Source: Aestuariivirga sp. (GTDB taxonomy: Bacteria; Pseudomonadota; Alphaproteobacteria; Rhizobiales; Aestuariivirgaceae). From it: a stretch of 64,000 nucleotides of DNA. The notes under the pieces are model-generated. The model saw only the letters and a program-made list of their open reading frames with translations, had not been told where the DNA came from and searched no databases. The position numbers were made by a program, and so were the translations under genes. The stretch is from the NCBI GenBank assembly GCA_035525875.1, contig DATLDM010000103.1, forward strand, positions 38,105 through 102,104, written 5' to 3'. This document shows, piece by piece, positions 29,186 to 37,491 of this stretch. Each line of letters starts with the position of its first letter. Position 1 is the stretch's first letter.

Positions 29186-31447
29186 ATGCCACTCGACACA
29201 AACTTCACCAACCAGAAATTCAAACAGGTCGGAACACGGCCCCTGCGCCCCGATGGCGTGGACAAGGTCACCGGCCGCGCCAAATATGGTGCTGACTACA
29301 ACGCACCGGGCCAGCTCATCGCCCTCGTCTTGCGTTCGCCCCATGCGCACGCCAGGATCAAGAAGATCGACACCTCGAAGGCTGAAAAACTTGCCGGCGT
29401 AAAAGCCATCATCACCAGCGCTGATCTTCCCGATCTCACCGCCGGTGACCGCGGCATGCGTGACATGCTGGAAAACTGCATGGCCCGCAAAAAGGTTCTC
29501 TATGACGGCCACGCCGTTGCCGCCGTTGCCGCCATTGATCAAACCACGGCCCGCAAGGCGCTGAAACTCATTCAGGTCGACTATGAGATTCTGCCCCATG
29601 TCACTGATCTTGATGAAGCCCTGAAGCCCTCGGCTCCGGTCATTCACAACGACATCTTCACCGAAGGCGTTGAGCCAAAGCCCACCAAGCCTTCCAATAA
29701 CAACAAGCGCGCCAGCTTCGGCCACGGCGACATTGAGCAGGGCTTCAAGGATGCCGACGTCATCGTCGAACACACCTACAAGACCGAGCAGACGCACCAG
29801 GGCTATATCGAGCCCCACGCCTGCGTGGCTAACGTCAGCCCCGATGGCCAGGGCGAACTGTGGGTCTGCACCCAGGGCCACTTCGTCTACCGCAACCAGT
29901 GCGCCGCCCTTCTTGGCATGGATATTTCCAAGCTGCGCGTCACCGCCTCCGAAATCGGCGGCGGCTTCGGCGGCAAAACCCACATCTGGACCGAGCCTTT
30001 GGCCCTTGCCCTTTCGCGCAAGGCCAACCGTCCGGTGAAGCTCACCATGAGCCGCGAGGAAGTGTTCCGCTGCTCGGGTCCGACAAGCTCAACTTCCATC
30101 GACATGAAAATCGGTGCGAAGCGCGACGGCACCATCACCGCTGCCCATGGCGTGCTCCGCTATCACGGCGGCGCTTTCCCCGCCACCTGGGCCGAGTTCG
30201 GCGCCATGACGGCCTTTGCCTGCTACGATCTGAAGAACGTCAAGAGCGAAAGCATCGAGGTCATTGTCAACCGCCCGAAGACAGCCGCCTACCGCGCGCC
30301 GTCGGCTCCCATGGCCGCCTTCGCCGTGGAAAGCGCCATTGATGAGCTGGCCAAGAAGATCGGCATGGATGCGGTTGAACTCCGCATCAGGAATGCCGCC
30401 AAGCAGGGCACCAAAAGCTCCTATGGCCCGGTTTATGGCCCCATCGGCATTGGCGCTACGCTTGAAGCGGCAAAGAACCATGCGCACATGAAAGCACCGC
30501 TCGGCAAGAACCAGGGACGCGGCATGGCCTGCGGCTTCTGGTTCAACTTCGGCGGCCAGACCTGCTGCGACATCAACGTCACCCCCGATGGCACGGTCAC
30601 CGTGGCCGTGGGTACCATCGACGTCGGCGGCTCGCGCGCCTCCATCGGCCTGATGGCGGCGGAAGAGCTGGGTCTTCCCTATGAAAACGTCCGCGTGGTG
30701 ATTGCCGATACCTCCTCGCTCGGCCACAACGACATGACCGACGGCAGCCGCGGCACCTTCTCCACCGGCCTTGCCACCATCGCCGCCGCCCGCAACTGCA
30801 TCAAGGTACTGTGCGCCCGCGCCGCGAAGATGTGGGACATTCCGGAAGACGCCGTCGTCTGGGAAGATGGCCACGCCAAGCCTGCCGGCACCAACGCAGG
30901 CAATTTCCCGCCGCTCTCCATCAAGGAAATCGCAGCGGCCGCCGGCAACACCGGCGGGCCGATCGCCGGCCACAATGAACTGGTGGCCGATGGCGCCGGC
31001 GTTTCCTTCGCCACGCACATCTGCGATATCGAGGTCGACCCGGAAACGGGCCGCTCCACCGTCAAGCGCTACACGGTTATCCAGGATGCGGGCAAAGCCA
31101 TTCATCCCAGCTATGTCGAAGGCCAGTACCAGGGCGGCGCCGCCCAGGGCATTGGCTGGGCCCTGAACGAGGAATATATCTACGGCAAGGATGGCCGCCT
31201 GCAGAACGCGGGCTTCCTCGATTACCGCATCCCGGTCTGCTCGGACCTGCCCTTCATTGATACGATGATCCTGGAAATTCCCAACCCCAACCACCCCTAT
31301 GGCGTGCGCGGCGTCGGCGAAACCTCCATCGTGCCGCCGCTTGCAGCGGTGGCCAACGCCATGTCGAACGCCGTCGGCATCCGCATGACGCATATCCCCA
31401 TGTCGCCGCCCCGCGTGCTCAAGGCGATCAGCGCCCGCAAGCACTAG
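29186..31447 (+). CDS. Xanthine dehydrogenase-family molybdopterin-binding (large) subunit, substrate unknown
   Basis: DKVTGRAKY, HQGYIEPH, IGGGFGGK, AYRAPS, GQYQGGAAQGIG, RGVGE (catalytic Glu). Confidence 0.92.
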   Translation: MPLDTNFTNQKFKQVGTRPLRPDGVDKVTGRAKYGADYNAPGQLIALVLRSPHAHARIKKIDTSKAEKLAGVKAIITSADLPDLTAGDRGMRDMLENCMARKKVLYDGHAVAAVAAIDQTTARKALKLIQVDYEILPHVTDLDEALKPSAPVIHNDIFTEGVEPKPTKPSNNNKRASFGHGDIEQGFKDADVIVEHTYKTEQTHQGYIEPHACVANVSPDGQGELWVCTQGHFVYRNQCAALLGMDISKLRVTASEIGGGFGGKTHIWTEPLALALSRKANRPVKLTMSREEVFRCSGPTSSTSIDMKIGAKRDGTITAAHGVLRYHGGAFPATWAEFGAMTAFACYDLKNVKSESIEVIVNRPKTAAYRAPSAPMAAFAVESAIDELAKKIGMDAVELRIRNAAKQGTKSSYGPVYGPIGIGATLEAAKNHAHMKAPLGKNQGRGMACGFWFNFGGQTCCDINVTPDGTVTVAVGTIDVGGSRASIGLMAAEELGLPYENVRVVIADTSSLGHNDMTDGSRGTFSTGLATIAAARNCIKVLCARAAKMWDIPEDAVVWEDGHAKPAGTNAGNFPPLSIKEIAAAAGNTGGPIAGHNELVADGAGVSFATHICDIEVDPETGRSTVKRYTVIQDAGKAIHPSYVEGQYQGGAAQGIGWALNEEYIYGKDGRLQNAGFLDYRIPVCSDLPFIDTMILEIPNPNHPYGVRGVGETSIVPPLAAVANAMSNAVGIRMTHIPMSPPRVLKAISARKH

Positions 31448-31451
31448 TCCC

Positions 31452-31697
31452 GTGGCGGAAGTCCACCTCTGGGGAGCGCTCCGGCCAATCGTTGGCGGAG
31501 CGCTTTCCGTTTCGGTGGAAGCAAAAAACATCCGCGAGCTTTTCAAGATGCTGGCCGAGCAATATCCCGCCATCGAGCCCCACCTGCAACGCGGCATCGC
31601 CGTCTCCATCAACGGCAAAATCTACCGCGACACCTGGGACCAGGCATTGCCGCCGGATGCCGAAATCTACCTCCTGCCCCGCATTCCGGGTGGATGA
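31452..31697 (+). CDS. MoaD/ThiS family sulfur carrier
   Basis: 81 aa beta-grasp-like protein ending IPGG (C-terminal GG); GTG start 4 bp after the large-subunit stop. Confidence 0.85.
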   Translation: MAEVHLWGALRPIVGGALSVSVEAKNIRELFKMLAEQYPAIEPHLQRGIAVSINGKIYRDTWDQALPPDAEIYLLPRIPGG

Positions 31698-31699
31698 AT

Positions 31700-32632
31700 T
31701 CACATCGAGGTTTCGGCCGTGTTTTTCCTGGAACCGAACCTCTGGGCATAGAGCCACGTAAATTCGGCGCCCAACAAAAAAATCTGGGCCGAGTAGTAAA
31801 CCCACAGCACCATGGCGATCACGGTTCCTGCCGCTCCAAATCCCGAGACCACCCCGGTCTTGCCAATGTAGAAGCCAATCAGAAACTTTCCCAAATTAAA
31901 AAGCAATGCGGTGAATACGGCTCCGATGATCACGTCGCCCCAAGCCACCGAAACGCGGGGAAGTAGTTTAAACAACATCGCGAATAGGCCCGTGATTATG
32001 ATGAAGCTGACAGCGAAGTTGATCGCCTGCCAGGCTATTTCCAGCTCATCGGATCGCGTAATCCATAAGGATTGCAGCGCCGATATAAAGGCGCTGATAG
32101 TGAGGGAGACTAAAAGGAGAAATGCCACCGCCAAAAGCATGCCAAATGTAAGAATGCGGCGGCGCAGCAAATACCAGATGCCCGCTTGATACTCTTTCAC
32201 CGGCGTTTGCCAAATGCGGTCCATCGCCCCCTGCAATTCGGCGAACACTCCCGTTGCTCCGAAAATCATGAAAAACAGGCCGACAAATGTTGCGAGGAAG
32301 CCTTCAGCCGGCCGGCGGGCACTTTGGACAAGACCCTGCAAGGCAGTCGCCCCTTCTGCCCCCAGCAAACTGCGCGCTTGGGAATAAACTTGCCCCTGTG
32401 CGGCATCCGCCCCAAAGAAAAAACCTGCTATTGCCATCGTGATTATGAGCAGCGGAGCAATGGAAAAAATTGTGTAGAAAGCGATAGCGGCACCCATGCT
32501 TGCTGCACTGTCCGTGTTCCACGCTATTCCTGCGTCTTTTAGCAAGCGCAGCATTTCTTTCAGACCAAGCCGCGCAACTTTCGTCTCCCGGGAGGCTGGA
32601 TTGTGAACTTTTGCGTGAGGTTTTAGCACCAT
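31700..32632 (-). CDS. YihY/virulence factor BrkB family membrane protein
   Basis: GAAIAFYTIFSIAPLL, GATGVFAELQGAMDRIW, WGDVIIGA, FGAAGTVIAMVLWVYYSAQIFLLGAEF. Confidence 0.9.
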   Translation of the reverse strand: MVLKPHAKVHNPASRETKVARLGLKEMLRLLKDAGIAWNTDSAASMGAAIAFYTIFSIAPLLIITMAIAGFFFGADAAQGQVYSQARSLLGAEGATALQGLVQSARRPAEGFLATFVGLFFMIFGATGVFAELQGAMDRIWQTPVKEYQAGIWYLLRRRILTFGMLLAVAFLLLVSLTISAFISALQSLWITRSDELEIAWQAINFAVSFIIITGLFAMLFKLLPRVSVAWGDVIIGAVFTALLFNLGKFLIGFYIGKTGVVSGFGAAGTVIAMVLWVYYSAQIFLLGAEFTWLYAQRFGSRKNTAETSM

Positions 32633-32729
32633 CGGATTTCCCGCGTTAAGTGGACGACCCCTATTCCAACTCACATACCACAGCGCGGGTTCCAATCTCC
32701 ATCCAGCCGTGGAGGTGACGGCCTTCAAA

Positions 32730-32819
32730 TTCTGTCACCCCGACGCAAGTCGGGGCCCAGACTTTCAATCAACACGCATGCGTCACGTCTGGGTCCCGGC
32801 TTTCGCCGGGATGACAGAA
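32730..32819. repeat. REPIN/MITE-like element: two inverted 33-bp arms, each with an internal hairpin
   Basis: Left arm TTCTGTCACCCCGACGCAAGTCGGGGCCCAGAC; right arm (reverse complement) TTCTGTCATCCCGGCGAAAGCCGGGACCCAGAC; 24-bp spacer. Confidence 0.85.
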
Positions 32820-32861
32820 GTGCGTAGTTGTCAAATTAGTCCGTATACAGATGTTTTTTCT

Positions 32862-33542
32862 TCAGCTTGTGTCGAGTTTCTCGGCCTCCCAGGCGAGCCA
32901 GTGGCAGTTGGCGAGGATTTCATCGACCTTGTGAGTGGGCTTCCTGCGGTGGCCGGGCGGCTGGCCGGGACGGAGCGGCGATTTGAACGTCGGAGTTTTG
33001 GAGTTCTTCCGCCTGACCCGCCAGCGGGTCATGCGTTTGGCCTGGCGCGGCAGATCATCGAGCGCCAGCTTGAGAGCCTGGAGCCTGCGGGCAAGGCGCT
33101 GGGCATTGACCAAGCCATCGGGCGGCGGCGGGGGAACGGCGACAGGCTGTGGGGCCGACACCAGGGTATCATACGGGAAGACATGGATGCGCGGAGGATT
33201 CTTCATGTACTTTACCCGGCGCTGGCGCAGTTCCGGGAAATCTTTCCGTGTATCGAAAAGCTTGAAGGAGGGAACCGTATTCCCGCCACCCTTTCCGATC
33301 TTGAGTCCCTTGGGCATGGGACGGGAAGGCACAACCTTCACCACAAGGCCCCGCGCCGCGATGACAATAAGGCGGCGCACGGCGGATTCGGCAGGCCTGA
33401 GCACCCGCAGCACGGCCCGGTGCAGGGGCGGTGGAATCCGTCCCACCGTGGCGTCACCATCAAGTCCCAGCATAGCGAACAGGGCCGCAATTATACCCTG
33501 GAGCGCTTCGCTGTTGCGTTTGATAACCAAGTCCCAGTTCAT
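32862..33542 (-). CDS. Basic hypothetical protein (MNWDLVIKRNSEAL... type)
   Basis: 226 aa, Arg/Lys/Pro-rich; own promoter and RBS; LHRAVLRVLRPAESAVRRLIVIAAR, LQALKLALDDLPRQAKR and PLRPGQPPG...DTS resemble a rhizobial hypothetical family (recall). Confidence 0.75.
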   Translation of the reverse strand: MNWDLVIKRNSEALQGIIAALFAMLGLDGDATVGRIPPPLHRAVLRVLRPAESAVRRLIVIAARGLVVKVVPSRPMPKGLKIGKGGGNTVPSFKLFDTRKDFPELRQRRVKYMKNPPRIHVFPYDTLVSAPQPVAVPPPPPDGLVNAQRLARRLQALKLALDDLPRQAKRMTRWRVRRKNSKTPTFKSPLRPGQPPGHRRKPTHKVDEILANCHWLAWEAEKLDTS

Positions 33543-33556
33543 GTGCTTTCCCGCCA

Positions 33557-33602
33557 GAATAAAACAGGAACATAAATGGCATATTAGGAATATAGTGTCA
33601 AG
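33557..33602 (-). promoter_or_regulatory. Sigma70-type promoter with an overlapping LexA (SOS)-like box
   Basis: Minus strand: CTTGAC (33602-33597) - 17 nt - CCATTT (33579-33574), then GTTC-N7-ATTC (33571-33557), 14 nt upstream of ATG. Confidence 0.6.
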
Positions 33603-33619
33603 GGTATTTATTCACATTT

Positions 33620-34171
33620 TTACCTGTCACTTGAATGGCCCAAATCCAGAGCCGGGGCGATATTTCCCCTCAATAGCACTGCAATCCAACCCGTCAGGGT
33701 GGCCACCAAAACGGGATAGGCAAAGAATGGAAGCGGTTGCGACAATGGCGGGATCTGGGCGCCGGCGAAAATGAGGCATGCCGTCCATGCGAACAGGATT
33801 GCCGCTGCAGCTCCGAGAAGCCGCACAATAATTGGAAACACGCGCGGCGCGCTGATCAGTACAAGTCCGGCGGCCCAAAGTCCCACTCCGGCGCCGAATG
33901 ACGGCGTGCTGGCCGCCAACTCCATTGCCGAACCGGAAACCACAAGGCTTTCTCCGATTGCAAAAACCAGAAAACCGGCTGCCACGAATTCATGTCCCAT
34001 TCTGGAGAACCAGAGTGTCAGCAGCGAACACGCAATGATCAGCGCGATGCCATCGATGCCCCACACCAAACCGCGCAGGGAGTCCGATGGCGCGAACGTC
34101 CCCGCAAGGCCCAGCACCCCGCCAACGCCAAGCCCGATCGAAGCCAGAACCTTAATCTGTTTATCGTTCAT
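33620..34171 (-). CDS. Hypothetical integral membrane protein
   Basis: 183 aa with about 6 hydrophobic segments. Confidence 0.7.
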   Translation of the reverse strand: MNDKQIKVLASIGLGVGGVLGLAGTFAPSDSLRGLVWGIDGIALIIACSLLTLWFSRMGHEFVAAGFLVFAIGESLVVSGSAMELAASTPSFGAGVGLWAAGLVLISAPRVFPIIVRLLGAAAAILFAWTACLIFAGAQIPPLSQPLPFFAYPVLVATLTGWIAVLLRGNIAPALDLGHSSDR

Positions 34172-34215
34172 TTTTTGACCCTAAATCAAAACTCGCTTTT
34201 CCCAACAATAGAGCC

Positions 34216-34773
34216 TCAAGCAGCCGGCGCGTAACGCAACAACGTCACGCCCTGGGGAAGGCTTTCCGTGCCGAGCGGCGTCAACGCCAGCGACAGGCCG
34301 GACTCGAAGTATGGCTTGCCGCCGCCCAGCACGACCGGGTGCATGTAGAGCCGGTACTCGTCGATGAGATTTACCCGTGCAAGATGCGCCGCAAGTTCGG
34401 CGCCGGCCACGCTGATATAGCCTTCCGTTTTCAGCTTGAGAGAACTGACCACGTTCTCAACATCGCCGTTCATCAGCTTGGCATTGGGGCCTACCTCGCG
34501 AAGCGTCGTCGAAAACACGATCTTCGGGGTCTTTTGCCAGGCGCGGGCAAAATCCCGCTCGACCTCCGAAGCGCTGGTCTCCCGCTCCGGGCTGTCCCAG
34601 AAGCGCATCGCCTCATACATCCGGCGGCCGCAGAGCTCCATCGAGGTCTGCTTCATCATCTCGTTGAAATGCCGGTGCAGGTCTGCATCGGGCACCGGCA
34701 AGCCAATGTCTCCGTCCGGCCCGGCGATGTAGCCGTCCAGCGACACCATCATGGAATAGACGATCCGGGCCAT
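34216..34773 (-). CDS. Dihydrofolate reductase / RibD C-terminal domain family protein
   Basis: SMMVSLDGYIAGP, GRRMYE, PKIVFSTTL, IDEYRLYMHPVVLGGGKPYF. Confidence 0.9.
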   Translation of the reverse strand: MARIVYSMMVSLDGYIAGPDGDIGLPVPDADLHRHFNEMMKQTSMELCGRRMYEAMRFWDSPERETSASEVERDFARAWQKTPKIVFSTTLREVGPNAKLMNGDVENVVSSLKLKTEGYISVAGAELAAHLARVNLIDEYRLYMHPVVLGGGKPYFESGLSLALTPLGTESLPQGVTLLRYAPAA

Positions 34774-35703
34774 CTAGCTTCCCTTCGCCATCATCGCCTC
34801 GATCTCGGCCCGCATCGGCATCGAGGGCGCGGTTCCTGCCTTGGTCACCGAGAGCGCCGCGCAGGCGCAGGCAAAGCGCATGGCGTCGACCGGTGCGCGC
34901 CCCTCGCCGATGGCCACCGCAAAGGCCCCGTTGAAGGCATCGCCCGCCCCCGTGGTTTCAACTACCTTCACCTTGTAACTGGGCACATGCACCGATTGCG
35001 TGGCGTTGTGCAGCAGCGCGCCGTTGGAGCCCAATGTGATGAGCGCGTTCCTGGCGCCAAGCTTCAGCAAGCCGTCGCCCGCCTTGCGCGCATCGTCAAC
35101 CGTGTTGACGGGAACCCCGGTGATCTCCGCCGCCTCGGTTTCATTGGGCGTCACATAATCGCAGAGCCCATAGATCGCCGTATCGATTTTTGCCGCGGGC
35201 GCCGGATTGAAGATCGTGGTCACGCCGTGTTTGCGCGCCAGTTCCAGCCCGCGCCGGCTGGCAGCCACCGCCGTTTCAAGCTGCGTGACCAAAACCTTTG
35301 CCCCTGAGATCGCTTTCTCCGCCAGGTTCACGTCATCTGCGGTGAGCGTGCCCGCCGCCCCCGCCTCGACGATGATGGCGTTGTCGCCCGTCTCGCTCGA
35401 TACGAAAATGAAGGCGGCCCCCGTCGGCACCGAATCCGAAATCATCACCTGCGAGGTGTCGATGCCGTCGGCGGCCCAGGTCTTGAGCGCGATATCGCCA
35501 AACGAGTCGCGGCCAAGCTTGGCGATGAAGCTCACATCGCCTCCCGCCCTTGCCGCCGCCACCGATTGGTTTGATCCCTTGCCGCCCGGCCCCATGGCAA
35601 AGCCCTGGCCCAGCAGCGTTTCGCCCATCACCGGCAGGCGCTTGGCCCGGAACGCGAGATCCGCCACGAAGATTCCGAGAATGGCAATGCGCGGTTTGCT
35701 CAT
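34774..35703 (-). CDS. rbsK: Ribokinase (PfkB family)
   Basis: GPGGKGSNQSVAAARAG, PTGAAFI, FNPAP, TPNETEA, DTTGAGD-like ETTGAGDAFNG; ATGA overlap with the upstream gene. Confidence 0.9.
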   Translation of the reverse strand: MSKPRIAILGIFVADLAFRAKRLPVMGETLLGQGFAMGPGGKGSNQSVAAARAGGDVSFIAKLGRDSFGDIALKTWAADGIDTSQVMISDSVPTGAAFIFVSSETGDNAIIVEAGAAGTLTADDVNLAEKAISGAKVLVTQLETAVAASRRGLELARKHGVTTIFNPAPAAKIDTAIYGLCDYVTPNETEAAEITGVPVNTVDDARKAGDGLLKLGARNALITLGSNGALLHNATQSVHVPSYKVKVVETTGAGDAFNGAFAVAIGEGRAPVDAMRFACACAALSVTKAGTAPSMPMRAEIEAMMAKGS

Positions 35704-36152
35704 GGCGCGTCCGGAGGGATGACGCCTTTCTTGAATACGAAGCAGCCATAAAAGCGCCGCTCCCCCGTCTGGATCACGCAATAGGCCTTCTTGGCTTTCT
35801 CATAGAATGCAAAGCGTTCGATGGAGCCCATGGGCCAGGATTTTCCCTCGGCCTTGTCGATCTCCACCTGCACTTCCGCCTGCACCGGCGGAACCTCATT
35901 GGGCTTGCCGACAATTTCCATGCGCTCTGCCGGCTTGTCGACAAAGCTGTCGAGCGGCATGACGGAAAGTACGGCACGCGCCACGCGGGCAGCGCTCGCG
36001 TCGATGCGCAGCAATTGGCCAAGCACCGTTTCGTGTGCCACCGAATCCGCCGGAAAATTGGTATCGCAAATGATGAGCTCATCGCCATGTCCCATGGATC
36101 GCAGCGCATAGAGAACATCGGCATTGAGAAGCGGATCAATTGATTTCAGCAA
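35700..36152 (-). CDS. RbsD/FucU family sugar mutarotase/pyranase
   Basis: MLKSIDPLL, MGHGDELIICDTNFPA, ERFAFYE, TGERRFYGC. Confidence 0.92.
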   Translation of the reverse strand: MLKSIDPLLNADVLYALRSMGHGDELIICDTNFPADSVAHETVLGQLLRIDASAARVARAVLSVMPLDSFVDKPAERMEIVGKPNEVPPVQAEVQVEIDKAEGKSWPMGSIERFAFYEKAKKAYCVIQTGERRFYGCFVFKKGVIPPDAP

Positions 36153-36194
36153 GATGTTCTCCCATGTTTGTTTTAGAGCATTTGAACCATAAAT

Positions 36195-36659
36195 TTACGG
36201 CAGGTCCAATCTTATTTCATCGATCAAAACTTCCTCGAGATTGGCGCCCGGCCCTCTCCGGTCCACAACCAGAAAGCGGCTATCGGCATCAAGTACCAGA
36301 AGCGGATGATGCCAGGCATTGCGGGCATAATTGATGCCCTGGCGGCCCGTGGCCGAAAAGGCGCGGAAGCTGGCGCGGTCCGTGGGATCCCCGCACACCA
36401 GAACCAGCCACGGCCGGTCCTGCAGCGGATAAAAAATCTGGCTGCCCAGCGGGTGCCGTTCCATCAGCGTGATCGCAATGGGCCGCGGCCGCGGGTTGGC
36501 AACGACGATGCTGATGTTGACCGCCTCGGCATCGACCGAGGCCAGATCATTGAAGCGCTCGGCGAACCCCTGATTGATCGGAAAATGCTGCGCACCATCA
36601 ATTTCAATGACCTCGCCGAACGGCGCGAAGCCCGCCTTGGTCAGCGCCTGGATTTTCAT
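36195..36659 (-). CDS. allA: Ureidoglycolate lyase
   Basis: LTKAGFAPFGEVI, MERHPLGSQ, QGINYARNAWHHPL, VVDRRGPGANLEE. Confidence 0.92.
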   Translation of the reverse strand: MKIQALTKAGFAPFGEVIEIDGAQHFPINQGFAERFNDLASVDAEAVNISIVVANPRPRPIAITLMERHPLGSQIFYPLQDRPWLVLVCGDPTDRASFRAFSATGRQGINYARNAWHHPLLVLDADSRFLVVDRRGPGANLEEVLIDEIRLDLP

Positions 36660-37483
36660 TTGCCGCCGAGCTTCATGTGGCGGTTCACGTCCTTGTAGAG
36701 CAGGTAGCGGAACGGCCCCGGCCCGCCCGCGTAGCAGGCCTGCGGGCAGAAAGCGCGCAGCCACATGTAGTCGCCCGCCTCCACCTCGACCCAGTCCTGG
36801 TTGAGCCGGTAAACCGCCTTGCCCTCCAGAATATAAAGCCCATGCTCCATCACATGGGTTTCGGCGAACGGGATGACGCCCCCCGGCTGGAAAGTGACGA
36901 TGGTCACATGCATGTCATGGCGCAGGTCGTCGAGGCTGACAAACCGCGTCGTCGCCCACACGCCATTGGTGTCCGGCATCGCAATGGGCGCGATATCCTT
37001 TTCATTCGCCACGAAGGCCTCGGGAACATCGAGCCCGTCCACAAAGTCATAAGCCTTGCGGATCCAATGGAACTTGACTGATTTCCCGCTCTTGTTCCGC
37101 ACGCTCCACTTCGCCCCCGGTGGAATATACGCATAACCGCCGGGCTGCATCACATGGACCTTGCCGGAAAGCGTCAGGCTCAACTCCCCTTCCACTACAA
37201 ACAGCACACATTCCGCCTTTGCATCGGGCTCCGGTTTATCACTGCCGCCGTCCGGCTTCACGTCCATGATGTATTGCGAAAATGTTTCGGCAAATCCCGA
37301 CAGGGGCCGCGACAGCACCCAGGCCCGCGTCTTCTCCCAAAAAGGAAAGTAGCTCACCGTGATATCGCGCAGCACGCCTTTGGGGATCACCGCATAGGCT
37401 TCCGTGAACACGGCGCGATCCGTGAGCAATGCGGCTTGCGGCGGCAATCCGCCCTGGGGTGCGTAATAGGTGCGGTTGGTCAT
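36656..37483 (-). CDS. allE: (S)-ureidoglycine aminohydrolase / bifunctional allantoicase (cupin)
   Basis: RAVFTEAYAVIP, SRPLSGFAETFSQY, ETHVMEHG, WLRAFCPQACYAGG, YLLYKDVNRH. Confidence 0.93.
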   Translation of the reverse strand: MTNRTYYAPQGGLPPQAALLTDRAVFTEAYAVIPKGVLRDITVSYFPFWEKTRAWVLSRPLSGFAETFSQYIMDVKPDGGSDKPEPDAKAECVLFVVEGELSLTLSGKVHVMQPGGYAYIPPGAKWSVRNKSGKSVKFHWIRKAYDFVDGLDVPEAFVANEKDIAPIAMPDTNGVWATTRFVSLDDLRHDMHVTIVTFQPGGVIPFAETHVMEHGLYILEGKAVYRLNQDWVEVEAGDYMWLRAFCPQACYAGGPGPFRYLLYKDVNRHMKLGGK

Positions 37484-37491
37484 GTCTTGTC

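Noticed and set aside
27848-31447. Aerobic CO dehydrogenase (coxMSL), suggested by the M-S-L gene order
   Set aside because: The large-subunit loop is AYRAPS, not AYxCSFR (form I) or AYRGAGR (form II), and there are no cox accessory genes.
30089-31618. Long antisense ORFs (509 aa here; also 37429-38859, 44104-45474, 13943-14938, 28985-29983, 60991-62052)
   Set aside because: They are shadows of well-supported genes on the opposite strand in GC-rich DNA and have no recognisable motifs.
32709-33575. 288-aa plus-strand ORF starting at the REPIN
   Set aside because: It is antisense to the 226-aa gene that has a promoter and RBS, and its N-terminus is just REP translation (PDASRGP...VPAFAGMT).
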